Origin: an uncultured Acidimicrobiaceae bacterium
GTDB lineage: Bacteria > Actinomycetota > Acidimicrobiia > Acidimicrobiales > Bog-793
Direction: 5' to 3'
NCBI GenBank assembly: GCA_963831155.1
Contig: CAWHOY010000006.1
Coordinates: 778,987-842,986 of the forward strand
DNA: 64,000 bases
Shown: piece by piece, positions 19,492 to 27,569 of the stretch
Position numbering within the stretch: position 1 is the stretch's first letter
Layout of the letters: each line of letters begins with the position of its first letter
Position numbers and translations under genes: made by a program
Notes under the pieces: model-generated
Databases searched by the model: none
Seen by the model: only the letters and a program-made list of their open reading frames with translations
What the model was told of the DNA's origin: nothing

Positions 19492-20778
19492 TTGGTGGTG
19501 ACGGCTTCTGACGATCTCGCGTTCCGCGGTCTTGTGCATCAGGTGAGCGACGCCGCGCTGCTCGGACGTCTCGACCGCGCGCACGAGACCGTCTACGCGG
19601 GTTTCGATCCCTCAGCCGACAGCCTGCACATCGGCAATTTGCTCCTTTTATGCACGCTCCGGCGTCTGCAGAGCTTCGGCCACCGGCCGATCGCCGTCGC
19701 AGGCAGTGGTACGGGGTTGATCGGCGACCCGGGAGGGAAAGACGTCGAACGTCCCCTCATCTCGAAAGACGAGCTCGCTGCGAACATCGAAGGGATCCGG
19801 CCGCAACTCGAGCGGTTCTTGGACTTTTCCAAGGCGGCGGGTGAGTCGCGGGCGGTCGTCGTCGACAACGGCGCCTGGCTCGAGAAGCTCGGAGTGATCG
19901 ACTTTCTTCGCGACGTCGGCAAACACTTCACCGTGAACCAGATCGTCGCGAAGGAGGCGGTGCGGGCCCGCTTCGAGCGACCTGACCAAGGGATCTCCTA
20001 CACCGAATTCTCCTACATGCTCTTGCAGGCCTACGACTATCTCCACCTGTTCGACGAGTATGGCTGCCGCCTTCAGATCGGCGGCAGCGACCAGTGGGGG
20101 AATATCACCCTCGGCGTCGAGCTGATCCGGAAGGTCCGCGGCGAGACCGCGTACGCGCTGACGACGCCGCTCGTCACGAAGCCCGATGGTACGAAGTTGG
20201 GCAAGTCCGAAGCGGGCGCGTTCTACCTCGACAAGCGGCGCACGAGCCCGTTCGATCTCTACCAGTTCTTCTTCCGCACCGACGACTCGATCGCGCCGAC
20301 ATACCTGCGCTTTTTCAGCTTCCTCGACCACGACGCGATCTCGGCGCTCGACGAGGCGACCGCGAAGCACCCCGAAAGACGCGAGGCACAGCGCGCGCTC
20401 GCCCGCGAGGTGACGACGCTCGTCCACGGAGAACAGGAGACCGAGCGCGTCGAGCGGGCATCGGAGGCGCTCTACACCGAGGACGTCGCCGGCCTCGATG
20501 AACAGACGCTGCTCGAGGTGTTCGCCGACGCACCGTCCTCGACGCTCTCGCGGAGCGCGATCGACGGCGCAGGACTAGACCCGGTCGAAGCCTTTGCCGC
20601 GTCGGGCCTCGTGCCATCGAGATCGGGGGCCCGCTCCGCGCTCGAACAGGGCGGCGCCTACGTGAACAACCGCCGACTCCAACCGGGAGAGCGGATCATG
20701 CCCGATCGGCTCATCGCCGGTCGGTATCTCGTCCTGCGCCGGGGACGTCGCGAGCTCCATCTGCTTCGGTTCGAGTGA
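19492..20778 (+). CDS. tyrS: Tyrosyl-tRNA synthetase
   Basis: HIGN (HIGH) and KLGKS (KMSKS) motifs with a C-terminal S4-like domain. TTG 19492, with GTG alternatives 3-6 nt downstream. Confidence 0.95.
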   Translation: MVVTASDDLAFRGLVHQVSDAALLGRLDRAHETVYAGFDPSADSLHIGNLLLLCTLRRLQSFGHRPIAVAGSGTGLIGDPGGKDVERPLISKDELAANIEGIRPQLERFLDFSKAAGESRAVVVDNGAWLEKLGVIDFLRDVGKHFTVNQIVAKEAVRARFERPDQGISYTEFSYMLLQAYDYLHLFDEYGCRLQIGGSDQWGNITLGVELIRKVRGETAYALTTPLVTKPDGTKLGKSEAGAFYLDKRRTSPFDLYQFFFRTDDSIAPTYLRFFSFLDHDAISALDEATAKHPERREAQRALAREVTTLVHGEQETERVERASEALYTEDVAGLDEQTLLEVFADAPSSTLSRSAIDGAGLDPVEAFAASGLVPSRSGARSALEQGGAYVNNRRLQPGERIMPDRLIAGRYLVLRRGRRELHLLRFE

Positions 20779-21230
20779 GCAGGTCGCGTCTCGTCACAGC
20801 GGCGGCCACCATCGGCATCGCGTTGATCGCCTCGGCTTGTGGGGGCTCGCATGCGACGCTCGCCGCGCGCCTGACGGCCTGGAAGTTGGGCTCGTCGTAC
20901 TCTTCGGATCAGGGTCTCATCTCGACCGACATCCGCGAGATCGCGACCGGGATTCGCACCGGTCCGGTCGAGGCGCTCCACACGGCGTGCGACGGTCTCG
21001 GGGTCGACGCGGCCGACGCCTACGGCGAGCTGCCGACGCCGGACCAGAGATTGACCGACGACCTCAACGACGAGTACCTGACGGCGGAGAACGCCGCGGA
21101 GTCGTGTTCGACGGCGGCGAAGCTGCACGGAGGACGCGTCGATCGCTACCTGACGCTGATCGCCCGCGCCGAACACGACTTCCACGCCGCGCAGGCGCGG
21201 ATCCAGACGATCCTGACAGCGACGCCTTAA
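20775..21230 (+). CDS. Putative lipoprotein
   Basis: The N-terminus MSRSRLVTAAATIGIALIASAC has a signal peptide plus a lipobox-like ASAC. GTGA overlap with tyrS. Confidence 0.55.
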   Translation: MSRSRLVTAAATIGIALIASACGGSHATLAARLTAWKLGSSYSSDQGLISTDIREIATGIRTGPVEALHTACDGLGVDAADAYGELPTPDQRLTDDLNDEYLTAENAAESCSTAAKLHGGRVDRYLTLIARAEHDFHAAQARIQTILTATP

Positions 21231-22855
21231 CCGCCCTCGAGGAGTGCCCTTTCGGCGAGGGGGATCGGCAGGGTGCCGGTTCCAGCGATCAGGTCGTGGA
21301 ACTTGCGCAGGTCCGAAGGGGCCTCGGCCAGGAACCGCTCGCGCATCCGTTCGATCTCGAGGCAGCCGGTGAGGTACGACGGCGCCTGGGTCGGCCACTG
21401 GCAGTAGCGCCCGACCTCGGCCCGGGCGACCGGTTCGGTGAGGCCGACGCGTTCTCGCATGTATGTGACGGCGTCGTCGAAGCTCATGTCGCCGATGTGC
21501 AGGCCGGTGTCGACGATGATGCGCGCCGCGCGCCAGATGCGGGCGTTGACGTGACCGAGCAGGCTCGAGTCATCGGCGAAGTAGCCCTGCTCGCGCATCA
21601 TCTTCTCCGCGTACAACGCCCAGCCCTCGGAGAAATACGAGGAATGGATGAGCTGACGCACTCGCCGCGGGTTCGCCTTCATCCACGTGAGGTGCCAGTG
21701 GTGACCCGGGTATGCCTCGTGAACCGTGACCGTCGGCACCGACTGGAAGCTGTTTGCTGCGAGACGGCGCTCGTTCTCCTCGGGCGTCGAGCCCTGCGGT
21801 GGCCAGGGGACGTTGAAGTGTCCGCGTCGACCGGGACGGAATGCCGGCGGGGCGAAGTAGGACGCAACGCCGAGGATCGGCCGCAAGACCTCTGGTGTCG
21901 GTTCGACCACACACACCTCGTCATCGGGGAAGCTGACGAGGCCGTGCTCGACGAGGTACGCACGCGCCTTTTCCGATTCGTTCTGATAGGCGATGCGCAA
22001 CCCTTCGAAGTCCGCGGCGTGGTGCGCGAGGTCCCGGTTGAAGACCTCGATCCACGACGTTGCCGAACTGTCGATGCGCGCCGCGATCTCGTTCGCCTCC
22101 TCTTCGAGCTCGGCGAGCACGCGCCGTCCGCGTTCGCGCAGCTCTCCTGCTGCGAAGTTGAAGAGCTCGCGTTTTTGCAACAGATCCGAGTACCGCTCCT
22201 CGCCGAGCGCGTACGACCCCTTCGCGGACAGCGCGAGTTCACCGAGGTGTTCCCCAAACGTCGCGCACGCTTGTGCGGCGATCCGTCCCGCCTCCGCGAC
22301 GGATTCGCGCAACTCTCCGTCGGAGAATTCCAAGGGAAGTGTTTCTTCGAAGTACGAGACGGCGGCCTCGCACTGTCTTTGGGCGCGGCCGACGATGAGG
22401 GGACTGGCGAGTTCTGGTTCGAGTGCGGCGCGTCCCGATTGGAGCGCGATCGGGACCGCGCGCAGGCGACTTTGCAAGTACCCAGCGAGCTCTGGTTCGG
22501 GGAAGCTGCGGTGGACGACGAGCGCCAAGATGCCCTCGAAGCACGGATCGACGTAGGTCATCGGGTCGCGTCGCCACGCCTCCCACGGCTCGAGGACGAC
22601 CCGTCCCCGCAACGCCGACAGCACGGCGTCGCGATCGACACGTTGCGCGGCAGACAGTCCGTCGTCGCCGACCGACTCGAGGCGTTCGATCCACTCGTGA
22701 TTTGCGCTGCGCCTTCTGGCGAACGCTTCTTTGCTCAGGTCGTCGATCTCGCCGTGCGCGCCGTCCGCGCCGAGCGCAGTCGCCAGAATCGGTGCGTCGG
22801 TGAGTTGTTCCTGCAGCCAGTCTTCGAGGACTCGGTCGAACGCGTAATCGCTCAT
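21227..22855 (-). CDS. DUF885-family protein (putative metallopeptidase-like)
   Basis: 542 aa with the HEAYPGHHWH motif characteristic of DUF885. Confidence 0.75.
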   Translation of the reverse strand: MSDYAFDRVLEDWLQEQLTDAPILATALGADGAHGEIDDLSKEAFARRRSANHEWIERLESVGDDGLSAAQRVDRDAVLSALRGRVVLEPWEAWRRDPMTYVDPCFEGILALVVHRSFPEPELAGYLQSRLRAVPIALQSGRAALEPELASPLIVGRAQRQCEAAVSYFEETLPLEFSDGELRESVAEAGRIAAQACATFGEHLGELALSAKGSYALGEERYSDLLQKRELFNFAAGELRERGRRVLAELEEEANEIAARIDSSATSWIEVFNRDLAHHAADFEGLRIAYQNESEKARAYLVEHGLVSFPDDEVCVVEPTPEVLRPILGVASYFAPPAFRPGRRGHFNVPWPPQGSTPEENERRLAANSFQSVPTVTVHEAYPGHHWHLTWMKANPRRVRQLIHSSYFSEGWALYAEKMMREQGYFADDSSLLGHVNARIWRAARIIVDTGLHIGDMSFDDAVTYMRERVGLTEPVARAEVGRYCQWPTQAPSYLTGCLEIERMRERFLAEAPSDLRKFHDLIAGTGTLPIPLAERALLEGG

Positions 22856-22923
22856 GATGTGACCTTACGCGCCAGCTCACTACCGGCGCTTTCGCATATC
22901 GGGCACTCCGGTATCGTCGACGC

Positions 22924-23478
22924 GTGCCAAAAGAGAGTGGGCCGGCGAGCAACGCTCCCGCCCACGAGGGCGACGAGGCGTACGACAGGCTGCGTCGTCG
23001 AGTCTTGTGGCTGATGCCGACGGGGCTCTATCTGATCGGCTCGCTGGCCGGACAGGAGCGCAACATGATGACGGCGAGCCTCGTCACCCAGGTGTGCGTC
23101 GACCCGAAGCTCGTCGGTGCGGCGATCGAGCGCACCTCGCGTACCCACGATCTCATCGAACGTGGAAAGGTGTTTACGCTGACGATGGTCGAACGAGATG
23201 AGCGGGCGATCGTCCGGAAGTTTGTGAAACCCGCGGCGGACGACCGTGAGGCTCGAACGTTGAACGGATACGAGTACATCGACGCGCCGGTCACCGGAGC
23301 TCCGATCCTTACCGCGGCGATCGCGTACCTTGATTGCCGGCTTGAACATGCCCTGCCACTCGGTTCGCACACGTTGTTCGTCGGCGAAGTTGTCGACGCC
23401 GCGTTCGGGCCGACGGAGACGAAAGACGATCGCAAGGTGCTGCGCGTCGAGGACACCCGGATGAGTTACGGCGGATGA
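22924..23478 (+). CDS. Flavin reductase-like FMN-binding protein
   Basis: 184 aa. Split-barrel pattern GLYLIGS....NMMTASLVTQV...P. Confidence 0.7.
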   Translation: MPKESGPASNAPAHEGDEAYDRLRRRVLWLMPTGLYLIGSLAGQERNMMTASLVTQVCVDPKLVGAAIERTSRTHDLIERGKVFTLTMVERDERAIVRKFVKPAADDREARTLNGYEYIDAPVTGAPILTAAIAYLDCRLEHALPLGSHTLFVGEVVDAAFGPTETKDDRKVLRVEDTRMSYGG

Positions 23479-23548
23479 TCGCTCCCATCGGGGGGCACAC
23501 CGAATCAGCACGCGCACAGCAACAGACCCCGAGCGATCGGGTGACGGC

Positions 23549-24778
23549 ATGAGGACGTCGCACGGTTCGGGTCCGCGCTCAGAACGTCGCGGTCGATCCC
23601 CGCGCCTTGAGGAGATCGCAGTCCGCTTCATCGACACCGACGCAAATCTCGAGATGGCCGTCACCGAACTCGACTCCATCTCGGATTACGCGATCGACAC
23701 GGAGTTCCACCGAGAGCGGACGTATTTCGCGCAGTTGGCGCTCGTGCAGCTGGCCTGGGACGGGGGCATCGCGGTGATCGACCCGCTTTCGGTCGATCTC
23801 GTGCCGTTGGCGAAGCTGTTCCGCAAAGACGCCATCGCCGTGATCCACGCCGCCGATCAAGATCTCGAGGTCCTCGAACGGGCGACCGGCGCGGTGCCGA
23901 CGCGGATGTTCGACACGCAACTCGCGGCGCGCTTTCTCGGCATGTCATCGCCGTCGCTCGTCTCCCTCGCCGAAAAGATGCTCGGTCTCCGCCTCGAAAA
24001 AGGCGACCAGCTCGCCGATTGGACGAGGCGGCCGCTGCGTTCTGAGCAGCTGCAGTACGCGGCGCACGACGTCGCCCACCTGATCGAATTGAAGAGCGAG
24101 ATCGCCGCCGAGCTCGGGCGCCGCGGCCGGCTCGAGTGGGCGGAGGAGGAGTGCGCGGCGCACCTCGAGCGGGCGCGTTCTCTCCCCCCGCCGGAGCAGG
24201 CGTGGTGGCGACTTCGCCAGGCACGCCAGCTTCGGGGCACCGCGCGCGGCGTCGCCCAGAGCGTCGCCGCCTGGCGGGAGCGGCGCGCGCAGGCGATCGA
24301 CCGACCGGTTCGCTACGTGCTCTCTGACCTCGCAGTCGCCGCGATCGCGCACCGCCCGCCGCACAGCCGCGCCGAGCTCGAACACGTCCGCAACCTGGAC
24401 ATGCGCTCGTTGTCACAGGGTCTTGTCGCCGAACTGCTCGGGGCGGTCGCCGAGGGGGAGTCACTGCGCCAGTCGGCGATCATGCTTCCTCCGGGGCCCG
24501 ACGGCGCCGTGGTGGCGAAGCCCGCTGTCGCGCTGGCGCTCGCCTACGCCGGCGAGCTCGCAAAGGCACTCGAGATCGACGCGTCGCTGCTCGCGACACG
24601 CGCCGACATCGTCGACTTTCTGCAGGCGCCGCCGACTGGCCGGCTGACGAAATCCTGGCGCCACCAGCTCGTCGGCGAGCCGCTCGCCAGGCTGGCGGCG
24701 GGGAATGCGGCGCTCGCCCTCGAGGACGGCGGCCTTGTCATCGAAGAGCGCTCGCACCGACCGATCGCGAGCACCTAA
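23549..24778 (+). CDS. rnd: Ribonuclease D (DEDD 3'-5' exonuclease + HRDC)
   Basis: IDTEF..., HAADQDLEVL and YAAHDVAHL exonuclease motifs. About 400 aa. Confidence 0.8.
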   Translation: MRTSHGSGPRSERRGRSPRLEEIAVRFIDTDANLEMAVTELDSISDYAIDTEFHRERTYFAQLALVQLAWDGGIAVIDPLSVDLVPLAKLFRKDAIAVIHAADQDLEVLERATGAVPTRMFDTQLAARFLGMSSPSLVSLAEKMLGLRLEKGDQLADWTRRPLRSEQLQYAAHDVAHLIELKSEIAAELGRRGRLEWAEEECAAHLERARSLPPPEQAWWRLRQARQLRGTARGVAQSVAAWRERRAQAIDRPVRYVLSDLAVAAIAHRPPHSRAELEHVRNLDMRSLSQGLVAELLGAVAEGESLRQSAIMLPPGPDGAVVAKPAVALALAYAGELAKALEIDASLLATRADIVDFLQAPPTGRLTKSWRHQLVGEPLARLAAGNAALALEDGGLVIEERSHRPIAST

Positions 24779-24795
24779 GAGGGCGCCCGCGTCGG

Positions 24796-25146
24796 CTAGG
24801 ACTCCGAGTTTTCGCGGTCCTTCCCGTCTGTGGCCGGGCGAAGGTCGACGCTCAGGGTGAGGATCCCGTCCTCGAGGCTGGCCTCGGCATCGCCGAGCAT
24901 GGCGAAGTCCATGTAGTCGACCTCCATCTGCTCGACGAACCGGCGGCGCTCGGGGCCCTCGATCGGCGGAATGCCCCGATTACGAACCGCCGCGGCGCGC
25001 TCGCGAAAGCGGGCCACCATTCCCTTTGGGTCGAAGACTTCTGGCACAGAGCGGACTGTATCGGGGCGTCCTCGGGCTTGCGGTGCGGGATTCGCCCACG
25101 TCGACGGCGTTATGCTCGCTGCGAACGCTGACGAGCCGAGGCTCAC
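24796..25146 (-). CDS. Hypothetical protein (start uncertain)
   Basis: 116-aa ORF. The C-terminal two thirds (VPEVFDPKGMVARFRERAAAVRNRGIPPIEGPERRRFVEQMEVDYMDF...) look protein-like. No recognised family. Confidence 0.35.
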   Translation of the reverse strand: MSLGSSAFAASITPSTWANPAPQARGRPDTVRSVPEVFDPKGMVARFRERAAAVRNRGIPPIEGPERRRFVEQMEVDYMDFAMLGDAEASLEDGILTLSVDLRPATDGKDRENSES

Positions 25147-25154
25147 GCATCAGG

Positions 25155-25189
25155 ACGCGCCGTGCGCCCGGCGGAGGGGGACGGCGCGT
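25155..25189. repeat. Inverted repeat ACGCGCCGT-N17-ACGGCGCGT followed by TTTCTC
   Basis: 9-bp perfect arms at 25155-25163 and 25181-25189. It lies in the 70-nt gap between divergent genes, immediately upstream of the AGGAG RBS of the mini-protein gene. Confidence 0.35.
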
Positions 25190-25216
25190 TTCTCGCTGGA
25201 TCTTCAGGAGTTACCC

Positions 25217-25390
25217 GTGAAAAAGGGACGTCATCGCCGCTTCGAAGAGGCACGCAGTCTGAAGCGCTCGATCGAGGTCGTCGTCGAGCCCTGTCCTGAG
25301 TGCGGTGCCGGTCCCGAGGACGACCACGCCAGCTGGTGCCTCTACGAACCCGAAGAACTCGAGGAAGACGAAGACAGCGAGCGGGCCTGA
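25217..25390 (+). CDS. 57-aa mini-protein with a basic N-terminus, a CPEC-x8-H-x3-C putative zinc knuckle and an acidic tail
   Basis: GTG 25217 is preceded by AGGAG at 25206-25210. Sequence VKKGRHRRFEEARSLKRSIEVVVEPCPECGAGPEDDHASWCLYEPEELEEDEDSERA. Third-position GC is lower than in neighbouring genes. Confidence 0.45.
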   Translation: MKKGRHRRFEEARSLKRSIEVVVEPCPECGAGPEDDHASWCLYEPEELEEDEDSERA

Positions 25391-26118
25391 TCGCGTCGCC
25401 GCACGACGGGATGGGGGAGGACGGCGCGTGCCCCCGAGCGCGTCTCCAAGTACTCGACGAGCATCCGATAGACGGTCGTCCCGATCATCTCTTTCAGCTC
25501 GTTCGCATTCGAGACGTAGACGGGTTCTTTGCCGACGAACGCCTCGGGCGCCTCGGTGCACCACCAGTGGAACTCCTCACCCGCCGGTCCCCAGTGGCGC
25601 CGGTCCCATTGGGTGACCGTCGAGGTGACGTGGCCGTCGTCTTCTTCGAAGTCCTCCCGTCGCAGCGGTAGCTGCCAGCAGACCTCGGGCTTCGTCGTGA
25701 GCGGCGTCACGCCGGCCTCGAGCGCCATGCGGTGCAGGGAACAGCCCGGTCCGCCGGGAAAGCCCGGCCGGTTCAAGAAGATGCACGCCCCGTCGACGAG
25801 GCGCGTCTTCCATTCACCTTGGTGCAGGCGATAGAAGCCGAGCTTCTTCGCCTTGTCGTAGTGCTGGAACTGTTCGGGCGTCAGCTTCGACGCCGCCTTT
25901 TCGACGCGTCGGAGATCGGCTTTGTCCGCCAGGTGTGCGCCGTAGCTGCAGCAGCCCTGGACGAGTTCGGGCGCCGGACCGGTGAGGACGCCCTGGCAGC
26001 CGGCGCCGTAGATGCACATCCATGGGCTCGTCAAGAACGTGAGGTCGAGCACCCACGTGCGCTCCTCGTCAGGATCCTCGAAGCTCACCCATTCGTGCGC
26101 GTCGTCGATTGCGGACAC
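25342..26118 (-). CDS. Cys-rich protein, putative zinc/iron-chelating (YkgJ/UPF0153-like CxxCxxCC-type) protein
   Basis: 258 aa from GTG 26118. Contains CIYGAGCQGV...GCCSYGA...GACIFL...GCSLH...CWQLP...WWC. Starts 11 nt after the radical-SAM stop on the same strand. The poly-Ser C-terminus is antisense to the acidic tail of the mini-protein gene. Confidence 0.6.
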   Translation of the reverse strand: MSAIDDAHEWVSFEDPDEERTWVLDLTFLTSPWMCIYGAGCQGVLTGPAPELVQGCCSYGAHLADKADLRRVEKAASKLTPEQFQHYDKAKKLGFYRLHQGEWKTRLVDGACIFLNRPGFPGGPGCSLHRMALEAGVTPLTTKPEVCWQLPLRREDFEEDDGHVTSTVTQWDRRHWGPAGEEFHWWCTEAPEAFVGKEPVYVSNANELKEMIGTTVYRMLVEYLETRSGARAVLPHPVVRRRDQARSLSSSSSSSSGS

Positions 26119-26129
26119 GGTGCGGAAAC

Positions 26130-27569
26130 CTACTGGCTGATCGAGCGCGCGGCGGACATCGCGACCGGCATGACCGCATCGATCTGCGCGCGGGTAGGTT
26201 CCGCGCAACAGAACCACGCCTCGGTGAGGTGTGGTCGCAGTTGTGCAGGGGGACCGAGCGGTTCTTGAGCGGCGGGGCGACCCCGATCGGGACGTCCGAG
26301 CACGGTGAATACCGTCGCGCGCACGGCGTCGTACGTTTCGGCTGCACTCGTTTCGAGTCCGCCCTTCTCCTCGATGATTGTGGCGAGCTCGTTCTGCAGT
26401 TCGTCGAGGGCCGGATCCGGCGACTTCCATCTGAAGCTCAGCGCGTCGGGGTCGAACGCGCCAAGAGCGGCGTGAAACGTCGCATCCTCGAGATCGAGGA
26501 GCAGCGACCCGGGCGGGATGAGGAGACGGATCGCATATTGCACCGCGTCGACGTTGTCGATGAGATCGTGGGTTGCGACGAAGTCCAAGATGTCGACGAC
26601 GTCGTCGCGCGTCGTCCACGGCGTGAACGGGAGGAACGAGGGCCGGATCTCCACACCGAGCGCGCGCAGCTCACGCACGGCGAACGCTGCGTCGTGCGCG
26701 TCATGCCCCTTGTCGAGTTTTTCAAGGATCGTGTCGCTCATCGATTCGAACGCGGAGACGACGAACGCCAGGCCGAGTTGCGCGAGCTCGGCAACCGCAT
26801 CGCGATGACGCAGAAGGTGTTCGACCTTGATCGTCGCGTCGAAACTTATTTGCGGGTGGCGCTCGTGCATTCCCTGCGCGACGCGGACAGCGTGCACTGG
26901 GCGGTTCAAGAAGTCGGGGTCGGCGAAGCGGATGTGCCCCGCGCCGAGGCCGACGAGCTCGTCGATGTCGGCGAGCACCGCGTCCTGATCGACGACGCGG
27001 GAGCGACCGCGGTACACGGCCGGCACCGGGCAGTGTCGGCAGCGGTGGTTGCAGCCCCTCGTCGACTCGACGGTTCCGACGAGGTGCTCGGCGTCGCCGG
27101 CGACGAAGCGCGCGTAGCGCTCGAGCGGAGAAAGGAGATCTCGCCCCGAGACCGATCCGCCCTGGCGTACGTTGCCGAGCTCGACGACCGTCGCGTCGCT
27201 TGAGCCTTCATCCCCGTCGAGCCAGGCGGTGATCGTTCCGAGCGCTTCACCCGCAACGAACAGGTCTCCCGGCTGCGCGACGCCCGAGATTCGCGCCGCG
27301 TCCGCATAGAGACCGAAGAAGCATGCCGGCACCTTTCGCCGTTGTCCGATCCGTGTGCGCGCCGCCAGCGCGAGGCGCAACGCTGTGTGCATCGGTACCG
27401 AGAAGCCGACGGCGTCTGGCCAGTCGAGATCGACGCCGTCGAATGACTCGATCGCGATGTCGGTCGTGCGCACCTCGTGACCTGCAGACCGCAGCGACCC
27501 GGCGATCGACGCGAGGCCGAGTGGCTGCGCGCCGAGCTCATAGGTCGAGACCAAAAGGACGCGGCTCAC
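26130..27569 (-). CDS. B12-binding-domain radical SAM protein with a C-terminal WFCCAEP motif (CUAEP/CCAEP-tail family, Cys form)
   Basis: 479 aa. N-terminal Rossmann-like B12-binding region. CNHRCRHC (CX3CX2C) cluster motif. CCAEP is encoded at nt 26196-26210 as TGT TGC GCG GAA CCT. GTGA overlap with the upstream ATP-grasp gene. Confidence 0.85.
   Translation of the reverse strand: MSRVLLVSTYELGAQPLGLASIAGSLRSAGHEVRTTDIAIESFDGVDLDWPDAVGFSVPMHTALRLALAARTRIGQRRKVPACFFGLYADAARISGVAQPGDLFVAGEALGTITAWLDGDEGSSDATVVELGNVRQGGSVSGRDLLSPLERYARFVAGDAEHLVGTVESTRGCNHRCRHCPVPAVYRGRSRVVDQDAVLADIDELVGLGAGHIRFADPDFLNRPVHAVRVAQGMHERHPQISFDATIKVEHLLRHRDAVAELAQLGLAFVVSAFESMSDTILEKLDKGHDAHDAAFAVRELRALGVEIRPSFLPFTPWTTRDDVVDILDFVATHDLIDNVDAVQYAIRLLIPPGSLLLDLEDATFHAALGAFDPDALSFRWKSPDPALDELQNELATIIEEKGGLETSAAETYDAVRATVFTVLGRPDRGRPAAQEPLGPPAQLRPHLTEAWFCCAEPTRAQIDAVMPVAMSAARSISQ

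Noticed and set aside
26196-26210. Possible selenocysteine (UGA) in the CUAEP/CCAEP motif of the radical SAM protein.
   Set aside because: The two codons are TGT TGC, both Cys. There is no in-frame TGA, so this is the non-seleno form and no SECIS element needs to be invoked.
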